DNA from: Psammoneis japonica
Taxonomy: Eukaryota
Direction: 5' to 3'
DNA length: 64,000 nt
NCBI GenBank assembly: GCA_008632985.1
Contig: QPGO01000007.1
Location: forward strand, 1-64,000
Positions 54,229-64,000 of this stretch are shown piece by piece (position 1 is the stretch's first letter; each line of letters starts with the position of its first letter). A model generated the notes under the pieces. That model saw only the letters and a program-made list of their open reading frames with translations. It was not told the origin of the DNA and did not search any database. The position numbers and the translations under genes are program-made.

Positions 54229-56103
54229 ATGAATTCAACGCCAGAAAACACAGACGACGAGGAGCATGAAGAAGGAGAAGAAGGAGGAGATCCGAACCCC
54301 CATACAATGACAAAATCCGAACGAGTCGGTTGTACGGTTGGAGGTGTTGCCACGGCAGCCGCAGGCGCAGCGGCGATTTATGTCACCGCGCCGATTGTCC
54401 TACCAGCGTTTGGAGCGTTGGTAGCCGGTAGTGCCACCGCTTCTGCTGTCGCCACAGCTGGTGGGTACGTGGCTGGAGCTGCCGGGGTCGGAGCGGGGGC
54501 TACTTCGGCTATTTTTCCTTGGGTTGCATCCCGTGAGAATCAAACCTGGAGCAATGTAGGTCAAGCTGCTGGTGTCGGCGCCACGGTAGGAGTGGTAGTA
54601 TCTGCGTTGCCGTTGGCTGTCATGGCAGCGGCAGGAGCAGGGGCCGAGAACAATTCTTCTTCTCAGGGTGGCTCGCAGTCATCATCGGGTAATGATTCCT
54701 CTTCGACGTCTAATCAAAATCAGTCCAACGGGGAAGTTGACAAGCTGAAGGGGTCAACAGGGCAAAATTCTGCTGACAGCAAGGAGAAGAAAAAGAAGGA
54801 TGAAGCGGCGAAGAATCCGGCTACTTGCGCCGCTGGGAATAAAGAACGGAAAACTCCTGCAAATCATGTGGGCGTAGATGGAACGAACTTGAACATGACC
54901 CGAAACTATTCCAAAGGTCCACCTCCTGCAGCGCCGAAATCACAATCTGCAGACCCCTCAAATGTCAAGCCGCGAGGACCACAATATCACTGCCGGGATG
55001 AATCCCAAGAGCAGAAGGCAAAGAGGCCTCACGGTCACGGACAAAACCCTCGAGCTGCACCTGAGCAGCCAGCAAGCGCACCCGGTGGAACTCAAACCCC
55101 AGGAAATCATCATCATCAGCAACAACAACAACAAGAAGAAACCTCAAAAACTTGGGGCGCCAGCGCCGGAACTCTAAGCACCGTCGGTACAACACCGCAA
55201 AACAGAACAGATGGATATCCAAACGGAAAACGCAACAACACCAAGAATCCGACCGCCAGTGCCAGCACACCAAGTACTACCGGTGGTACGTCACGAAAAG
55301 GAGGAACAAATGGAAACGACAAGAATCCCAAGAATCACTTTTTCAAACGGGGACCACAGGAACCAAATCATCGCTTTTCCCGTACCGATAACGACAACAA
55401 GAATATGTCGACATGGGATGATACGATGCAGATGGTTGACGATGTCGAAGATGTCGTTGGTGAAGGTTTCGTCAAAGTCGATGTCAATGGTGAGGTGTAC
55501 ATCGACCCACAACGTCTTGGTGAGATGACCCCGGAGGAGAAAAGTATCTTGGATGACATCAGAGCCAGAACAAAACCGGCGCCGCACGATCCGTTCGAAA
55601 GGCAGATGGATGATCCAGCAGGATATGACCGCGGACATTTCACTGCTGACGATGAGGATGGTTCTGAAGTAACACCAAGCTTCAACAGAGAAGACGACCA
55701 CAAGAATGGGTCGATTTCCATGAATATTGTAAGAGATATCGAGAATAAAAAGCGGATGCACAATCCTTTCCAACTAACAAATGGCCTATTCGGCCATCAA
55801 CATTACACCAACGACGATGCGGATTCGGAACCACCGACAAGTTTCGGTCGACAAGACGAAAATTCATTGCCTGGCTTCATGAGCCCAGATGATTTTCATG
55901 CCTATGTTGATGGAATGAACAGTGATCAGCTGGACTTCATCAGACGCCAAATCCATGAATCGATGGGCAGATTGTGGACCCAACTGCAACAAGAGATTCG
56001 AGAAGGTGCCACGGCTAGTGAGATCAACTTACCCTCCCCATTGGACCCGTCCTTCTTTGAATTTCGCCCGCGACCGACGTACTCGGCAACCTATTCTCGC
56101 TAA
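54229..56103 (+). CDS. Protein with Gly/Ala-rich hydrophobic (glycine-zipper-like) N-terminal helices and a long disordered region
   Basis: Intact 624-aa ORF; GCTVGGVATAAAGAAA...AGAAGVGAGA...GQAAGVGATVG. Confidence 0.7.
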   Translation: MNSTPENTDDEEHEEGEEGGDPNPHTMTKSERVGCTVGGVATAAAGAAAIYVTAPIVLPAFGALVAGSATASAVATAGGYVAGAAGVGAGATSAIFPWVASRENQTWSNVGQAAGVGATVGVVVSALPLAVMAAAGAGAENNSSSQGGSQSSSGNDSSSTSNQNQSNGEVDKLKGSTGQNSADSKEKKKKDEAAKNPATCAAGNKERKTPANHVGVDGTNLNMTRNYSKGPPPAAPKSQSADPSNVKPRGPQYHCRDESQEQKAKRPHGHGQNPRAAPEQPASAPGGTQTPGNHHHQQQQQQEETSKTWGASAGTLSTVGTTPQNRTDGYPNGKRNNTKNPTASASTPSTTGGTSRKGGTNGNDKNPKNHFFKRGPQEPNHRFSRTDNDNKNMSTWDDTMQMVDDVEDVVGEGFVKVDVNGEVYIDPQRLGEMTPEEKSILDDIRARTKPAPHDPFERQMDDPAGYDRGHFTADDEDGSEVTPSFNREDDHKNGSISMNIVRDIENKKRMHNPFQLTNGLFGHQHYTNDDADSEPPTSFGRQDENSLPGFMSPDDFHAYVDGMNSDQLDFIRRQIHESMGRLWTQLQQEIREGATASEINLPSPLDPSFFEFRPRPTYSATYSR

Positions 56104-56709
56104 CATAACATTAACGATGATTGAAAACTCCACGTCACTAACTCGAGCGCTAATTATTCCAATGCCCTGCTGGAACTAACAAAGACACACACTTGAACAC
56201 CAGATGGTTACTTTGATTTTCACGTGGCTATGACCTCGACATTCATTGGCACAAATTGTGATCACTTCAACCCATTCCCTGCCCCTCTTGGCAAGAGCCC
56301 CCATTCTTTCACTTGGAGGGGCCAGACTTGACTGGATCTGATTTAATTGGAGTTCCATGGATGAAAAGCAGCATGGTGTGAGTGTTCATGAGTTTTGAGC
56401 CACCTGAAGCCACAACGCACACACCACAGCGATCGCACCAATGCAACTTGCTTGGCAGCATTGTCATCATGGTCACCAGATTCCTGGGCATCCAAATGGG
56501 AGAAAAATTGGTGCACTGGATGCTTGATCAAGGAGCATCTCCGTCAATTGTCCCACCTGGACAGGGCCTTGGCACAGAGGTGCTTTGTGGCTGACAATCA
56601 AGCTGTTGCTTCTCTGTGATGTCACATGTGGTCAAAATCCAACTGGCACAATCCGAGTCTGATGTCAAACCCTCAGGTGCACCTGTCTTGTCCTTTTGCT
56701 CCCATGCAC

Positions 56710-57130
56710 AATGATGCAGATGAGAGCAGTGGTTGGTGTCATTGTGCGTGATTGTGGTGGTGGGTTCTTTTGGTTTTGGTTGTGCTGTCACCCACCTTTT
56801 CAGTTCCTTTTCTGTGCAAAGAGCTGCAAGAAGCCTGCTCTCAGTTGCCACAATTGTCAAACCCTTGCTGCAATTTTGTTCACCAGACACAAGCACTTGT
56901 TGCAAGTGCAGCATTTCAAAAAAGTGTGACCAACTTGGTTGGTGGATTGTCCACTGTGCTTTCTGGAAGCAATGTTGTCAAGTTCTTGCACAGCTCAATG
57001 TGGTGTGTTGTAGATGAGTCACATTGTTCCTTTGCTCCCACACAGGCCCTGAGGAATGTTGAGCAGATGTGGTGTGATCCAGCATTGCACCTGCTTCAAG
57101 CCAGGAGATGATTGTGATCTGCACTTGCCT
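56710..57130. repeat. Dispersed degenerate repeat; second copy at ~60405-60790 plus 60970-60997
   Basis: Shared gggttctt...tgtgctgtcacccaccttttcag...ctctcagttgccacaattgt...ccctgaggaatgttgagcag. Confidence 0.85.
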
Positions 57131-57214
57131 GTCCATGTGCATGCACTGTTGTTCTTCTCTGCCCACTGCTGGGTTTTTACTCTTGTGAGCTTGTTCTGCT
57201 TGCTCATTGCCTCT

Positions 57215-57765
57215 GCTGGGCATGTGGCGACACATGCTGCACTTCCTTTGTCCAGCCATTGCCTGTTTCTGATTCCTGCCAGCCAGCTGGCTGCTTTGTC
57301 CATTGCATCCCAGTTGACATTGCAGAAGCTTTCACTTGAAATTGTTTCTGGCAGACCCAGTGCTGGCAGATGAGTTTGGTGCCACGAAGCTTTGTCAATG
57401 TGTCCCTGCTAAAACCAGCAACATTTTGTCCTCTGTCCTGTGCTGTGGAGCTGCAGGGAGGGGGTGGTCTGTGCTTTTGCCACAGATTGCATGTGGTGAT
57501 GTGTGCCACACTCTCTTTGTCCAGCCGTTGCCTGTTTCTGATTCCCGCCAGCCAGCTGGCTGGCTGCTTTGTCCATTGCATTCCAGCTGATGTTGCAGAA
57601 GCTTTCACTTGAAATTGTTTCTGGCAGACCCAGCACTGGCAGATGAGTTTGGTGCCATGAAGCTTTGTCAATGTGTCCCTGCCAAAACCAGCAACATTTT
57701 GTCCTCTGTCCTGTGCTGTGGAGCTTTGGGGAGGGGGGTGGTCTGTGCTTTTGCCCCACAGATTG
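57215..57765. repeat. ~270-bp tandem duplication
   Basis: ctttgtccagcc.ttgcctgtttctgattcc...aaaaccagcaacattttgtcctctgtcctgtgctgtggagct occurs twice. Confidence 0.9.
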
Positions 57766-60700
57766 TCCATTTGTGTCATGTTGAGCAGCATCAAAATCAA
57801 TTGAGCAGGGCTCCATGTGAGTTTGTTCTTGGCGGTGCTCTCAAAGTGTTTTGGCAGTGCTCTCAAAGTTTCAAAGTTGTTGGAGTAATTTGTGGCTGTT
57901 GTGTCTGAGGGCTGGGCAACTTTGTTGTTGTTTTTGCTTCACCAAATGTCTTCCACCAAGCATGTGGTCACTCACAGTCCTGAAATCTCTGCTCTGCATG
58001 ATTGATGCTGCATCTCCTGGGTGGCAGGTCACATTGTTCTCTCTTTAAAAGAGCGCCCTTGTCACAAATGCTGGGATTTTCCCAGCACTTCTTGTTTTGC
58101 TCAACCAGTGCCACTGGCCATGCCCTTTGTGTGAAGATCCTCAATGCACCACTTGTGGCTGGGCAGATGCTGCTGTGTTCATTGCATCAGGGGTGCAAGA
58201 GGTGGCTCTGCCTGCAGCTTCTGTTCTCACCAGCATCAGCCCTGGGTGCTGGAGCACACCCTTCCTTGTGACAGGCCCAGGTCCATTGCACATGCTGTGT
58301 GATGGCCTGCTCCAAATCAAATGTGCCTGCAAATTGCTGGTCTGAATGATGACCATGCACTTTTGTTGTGGGTGCCATTGGTGCAATCAATTTTTGAAGA
58401 GAGATGAGCAGAATCAGGGCAACTTCCTCTTGCTGGTCTTCTTGACTGTCCATGGGTCAAGAAGCTCAGGGCCCTTGTCTCCAGATCCTCCAATCTGATG
58501 TTGAGAGTTTGCTCTGTGCTGTTGAGTGGTGGAAGGACAAGAGGTGTCACACATGTGTCTCCCTTGCCATTCCATGCAACTGCTGGTGCAAGCATTTTCT
58601 GTCACCCATCATGACATCAGCTGGCATGCTCACTCAGAGACATTTGTTGCACAGGCCAAGAGTTTGGCACCCGCTCCAAAAAAAAAAATCCTCTCTGCAA
58701 TTTTTTCAGAATTCAGAAGGAGTGCACCATTGTCCAGGCAATGACTTTTGTGGGTTTGTGGCTTGCCCTCTCTTTGACATGGGTGCTGTTCTCCAACATG
58801 AACCACCGCCAATGTTTGGCCCATGAATGGGTTGCAAGTGCTCCAAAGATGTTGTGTGGTTTGTCCAAGAATGTCCCTCCACTTTGGTTTCTGGTTTGTG
58901 TTTCTTCAACAGTTCCCAGAAGAACTTCTCCTGTGGTTGTTTGCTGTTTTTGTTTGACCAAGGCTTTGACATGTTTCCTGGACAGGACAAACTCGCTCCA
59001 CAGACCAAATCCCTGAAATCCCTTTTGCTCCCAAGCACAGATCTCAGAAATGCCCTGCTGCATGGCCCTGCCATGATCAAGCCTTGCCTGACAACCAGTG
59101 CCTTGATGTGCCTGCCCCAGCTACTTGGAGATGAGACTCTGGGGCAAGAAAAGGGCAGCCCATTGCCCCCTGCATGCACTGAGTCTGGGAGAGCCAGGCA
59201 CCCAATGGGTGTGAGCAATTGCAACATTTTGCTTCTGAGTTGTCATTGTGCGTAATTGGGAAGATTGTTTTTTGGACAATGCAGGTGCCTGGAATTTGCT
59301 GCAAACCAATGAACAGATGAAATGCCGCCAGTGCAATGACAATTTTGCTGCCAGAAACAAAACTTTCACGCACATCCAGCACAAAAAAAAAATCCAATTT
59401 TAAGTGCTGTTGCACCTTTGCCCAGCAACACCAGTGCCGGCTGACCCACAACTCCAGTGCACCCTGCAAGGGGTGCAGCAGAAGATCGTGCGATCAGTTG
59501 GTCAACGTGCCGCTTTGCAGCAATGCACACCAGAGACAAAAGGTCAAGGGGAAATTGCACCAGAAGGAGATCATTGCTTTCTTTTGGAGAGGATTTAATG
59601 CACCCAAACTGCCACAGCAAAGGACAATCATGTCAAGCAGAGAATTCAAAGCCAGCGCAAACTCTGAGAGAAAATCTTTGCCTCTGAGGGAGAATCTTGT
59701 CTTCAACAAAGACTGACTGAATTTCACAATTGTGCAGACCAGAACAACAGCATGCAGTTCACTGCTCAGAACTGTGATCTTGGCAGGCCAGCAAGCAGAA
59801 AAAGGGATGTTCGGGACTTGCAAGGATGAAATGGGAAGTCTTGGCAATGTGATGAGAAGGTCGCCAGAAGAAATGTCATTCTCACTTAGAATCGACACTG
59901 AATCTTGCGCACAAAAGCCAATCCATGCAGCAAATGGACGGTCGTCAGGTGATGCCAATGGTTTGTCCATGCAAACACCCGCAGGTGCCACAACAGGGAC
60001 AGTGCTTTCACCACATGAGGTGAAGAACTTGAGCAGCCAGTGGAAGCAAAAGAAATTGTTGGGGGCTTTTGGGCATGGAAGAAGGAAGTTGATCGCATCG
60101 GAGACGCAATGACAGCCGGTGCACATTTCTGAAGTGCGCAGAATTTGCACTGGATTCTGTGTAGAAATTGCACTGAATCTGCAAAAAAAAATGCCAAATA
60201 AAACAACAAGCACGCGAACCACAAGGTGTCGACGCCAGTCATTTTCCACTAAAAATTGTTGCACATCATGGAGATGAAAGGGTGCGCCAATGGCGGAAGA
60301 TTCCAAAAGGTTGAAAAGGGCGACATCAGCACAAGAGCACACGCAGAAACACATGCAGGGGCTGCCAGTGGGTGCTTGCACAGAAAAGCATGCACATCCA
60401 GCACAAAGATGTGGGTGAGGGCAGTGGTTGTCATGGTGTGCAGTGGCGGTGGGTTCTTCTAGCTTTGGTTGTGCTGTCACCCACCTTTTCAGCAGAACCT
60501 CCATTTCTGCACAAAGAGCTGCTCTCAGTTGCCACAATTGTGATTCCCTCACTGCAACTTTGTTCACCGGACACAAGCACTTGCAAGTGTGGCATTTCAA
60601 AAAAGTGTGAGGACCAACTTGGTTGGTGGATCCTCCACTCTGCCCTCTGGAGCTAATGTGATCAAGTTCTTGCACAGCTCAATGTGGCGGTGCACTGCAA

Positions 60701-62334
60701 ATGAGCCACATTGTTCCTTTGCCACCACAGACCCTGAGGAATGTTGAGCAGCTGCACAGTCCAGCATTGCACCTGGTTCAAGCCAGTCTTCCAAGAGGAA
60801 AGCCACTGAAAGTCCTCATCTTGAACATTTGACCATTCCCTTGCAATGCAGCCTTCAAGAGCAGGAGCTGATCCCATTTGATGACATGTTGAGAAAGAAC
60901 AGCTCCCTTTGCAGCAGCGGGTTGGTGATGGATTGGCTCTGCAGCTCAGTGCCACAATGGGTCCTCCAGGCCAGGAGATGGTTGTGATCTGCACTTGCTG
61001 CTGGTTGATGTGCATGTGCTCCTGTGGTTCTTCTCCAGAGCCACCAAGTGACTGTCCTTTGACCTTTGAAGCACACACACTTGCTCTCTGGAGATTTCAC
61101 AAGGAACCCCCAAACAGCTGGCTCTTTTGGAAACTTTTGAGACCTTGAAGCCAGTCTTCTGATTGGCACCCCAATGCAGAAAAGCCAAAGACAGCGATTG
61201 AAGATCATGTCGTGCGACACCATGTGAAAGAGGCGGGCAGCATTGTGACACCAGTTCGAACAAAGAGGGTGTCTGCTCATCTGTGCATGAGCCCAACGAT
61301 TTCTTGTCAAGATCAAGGTCAAGTTCGACAATGCTTCTTGCACCGGGGCCACAGCTGGCATGCGGCAGAAGTTCCTGCCCGGGCTAGAGTCGTCTGCAGC
61401 CCTGTTGGAACCATGAGAGCCAAGTCTACGAGCGCCATCACAGTTGCGTCCAGGTGAAACAGTGAACATGATCCAAACACACCAGGCGAACGTCACGACA
61501 AACACGAGTGGATTTTCGAGTTTGTTCATCACGAGGTGACTGCAAGCAAAGGGCGACCCGCTGATGACGGGAGCAAGAAAAGGAGTTCCACAAAGCTCTG
61601 TTCCACTGGGAGTTGCAGGAAAAAACAATTGTTGCACTGCTGCTTGATGGCACGGATGATGTGACACGTGGCAGCTTTTTTTGCAGCATTGTTTGTCTGC
61701 CGCATTGCCCCGCAAACAACATCATCATCTTGTCTGCCAGTTGTCATGCTGGGTGTGTCTGTCGTGGAAACGAACAGAGGGCTGTTTCGTGCTTTTGATT
61801 TTTGTTGCTGAGAATCTTGAAATTTGCCATGCGAGAGGAAAAAGTGAGTGCTTTTGGTTGAAGAGAAATGGAGTCAACCAACCACAAGCTTCAATGGGTG
61901 TGAGACAAGAGTGTGGTTTTGAAGCTCGGCATCGGCATCTCTGTTGCATCCCCATCATCTGCACGCGGAATCATCAGAAAAAAAAATGCATGCGCGCACC
62001 GCGCTGAGGCACTGCCAGCATCTGTCTGCACCCCGCAAGGCTGACCACAAAAAAGCGCGGGAAGCACACATCACAATTGCGTCATCGGTGGGTGCATTTT
62101 CATCCCCGGGCACGCTGCCGCCACCCGCCCGTGCATCACGGAGATGCAGTCCGGCGCATGCTGTGGGCCCCATGACAGTGCTGCAGGGCCCTGCTGTGGG
62201 TCCACCTGTGGCAGGTGGGGAGGAGGGGTTCACTTTTGCTCGCGATCGACTCGCGAGGCGTTGCATCGACAATGAGATTGAGGAACATTCACGGCAACAT
62301 CATCTTGGCGACAACATGCTTTCTGCTGTTGATT

Positions 62335-63255
62335 TTAGTTGTCAAAATGATCCACATCAAATGGTGAGTGACCCATCATGAGGGCCAACTGTGTGATGTT
62401 GGCCACGGCATGAAACACATGGCAATGTGTTTCCTTCGCGTGGCGGCATCTTTTGTTGAGCATTCCGAAACGCTTGAACCATCCATTGACAGCCTCATGC
62501 CTTGCCCTTGCTGTTGTTTTCGTGGCCTCGTCTGCATTTCTTAGGCCGGATGGAGTCGAGCTGCACTGGCTCCCGTTGCTGCGGCCACCGTCGGCCAGAC
62601 ACATCTCGCCGTCTTCAAGCTCTTCAATGATCCATTCATGAGCAATGTTCAGATCCGGCAACCCAGCTGGGTGCGGCCCATTGACCCAAACAATCCACCC
62701 TGTCTGAATGCATGTTCCAATTTCATGCCGCAGCCCAGCACCGTGGAATTTGTGGGAGAACCACATTGGATCGAATGGTGATGGCTCGTAGATTCTGAAA
62801 TCAGTGCCGTCGAGTGTCACCAAACATCTGCTGCCGTTGTCATCAATGAAGCGGTCTTCCCAGTGAATCTAAGAACAAGGTGTCAGTCCATTTGTTTCAC
62901 ACACATGAGCAATGTCTGGAATGGTGCGCGCCAAATTCAACTGTCCAACAAGTTGAATTCTGACCCAAACCCATTTTCTCAGCGTGTCTTCATGGATTTT
63001 ATTACAGATGCCAGCAACGACTGTCTCAGATTCATGCAATTTGAGAAAGCAAAGGGTGTGGAGCAGGTGAATGGGCAAAAAACCTTGTGGCATTTTCCCG
63101 TCGTCAATGAGAAGCCCCCACAACTCAGATGCCACTTCTTCTGGGGTGCAGAAGCATGCTGCAGGTGACCCTTTTGGCTTCTGAATGATCGTCTGTGCCA
63201 AGCACTCTGTGGCCTCTTTGGGCAGTCTCATGATTGGCAATTGGCAGTGTGCCAC
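62335..63255 (-). mobile_element. PIF/Harbinger-type DDE transposase (DDE_Tnp_4-like), mutated; probably two exons
   Basis: HLLHTLCFLKLH...TLRKWVW, then IHWEDRF...VTLDGTDFRI.EPSPF...WFSHKF...GLRHEIG.CIQTGWIVWVNGP...LADGG...RARHEAVNGWFKRF. Confidence 0.9.
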
Positions 63256-64000
63256 AGTGTGTCACTTTAGCGTTTGTGCCAGTCTCTACCACTGGCAGCT
63301 GCTCTCTGCTCTGCAGCAGCTGGCTGCTCTAGAGAGTGGCACAGCAGTTGTTTGACATTTGACAATTGTGTTTTGTCGTCTTCACGCAGTTGGGGTTCTC
63401 ATTAGAAGAGGCCTTTGGTGAGATTCCGTCGTGTTTGAAGAAAATACGAAAAAAATGCGATTCGGGTGTGGTTTCCGAATGGTGACTTTGGGACGTTCGC
63501 AATGGGCAACTTTGGGCGTCGTTTTGTCAACCGGAACACGGTAGAATGACCATTCCAACGCGTGCTCTTAGCTCAACTAACACAGCAGTTTACATGCAAC
63601 ATGTGACACAGAATTTTAAAACCACAATCCATGGTTGGTGGTGCATTAAAAAAGCATTCTCATTCTACAAATCGAAATGAAATCGCCTTTTCACAGACGA
63701 AAAGCGCACGGAAATGTGCCAATGAAAAGCCAAAATGAACATCAGGAGCTAGTTTGCCATCAGTGCCATCGCAAACACACACCAAAGCTTGGGATTCAGC
63801 CACTCATTCTTCAGTTGAGATGGTCCAAAGTCATCGTTCTGGAGCTGAAAATCGTTTTGGGTGTGATTTGGGAACAATTTTTGTGTGGTCTTGGAATGTT
63901 TTTCGTGTGGTCTTGAGGGAATCTTCGTTGTCAAGAGGCCCTTTCTCAATGTTGGCGGTTGGTGTTTTCTCAAATCTCATTTTGGCGGTTGGAATTTATT

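Overview
Eukaryotic genomic DNA, most likely from a diatom (inferred from short GT-AG introns, diatom-type TM-LRR receptor-like genes, a silaffin-like RRL/KSK protein and a diatom-type Harbinger transposase). Gene-dense blocks encode an LRR-ROC-COR-TIR (ROCO) protein, RPA3, an ABC ATPase, a thioredoxin, a YOP1/REEP protein, a RUS1 protein, two LRR paralogs, eIF1, a 2OG-Fe(II) oxygenase, an MFS transporter, allantoicase and a bromodomain-like protein. These alternate with two repeat-rich domains (~23.7-34.0 kb and ~56.2-63.4 kb). The most striking signal is that these domains are almost free of TpA dinucleotides. Internal before/after comparisons show TpA converted to TpG or CpA, i.e. A-to-G on either strand. 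The comparisons are a duplicated gene, a 410-bp tandem array, the two LTRs of a young TRIM, and Tyr->His/Cys changes in transposon proteins. The process appears separable from CpG decay. It looks like a repeat/heterochromatin-targeted adenine hypermutation process, opposite in direction to fungal RIP, and I do not know of a description of it. All counts and alignments were done by eye.
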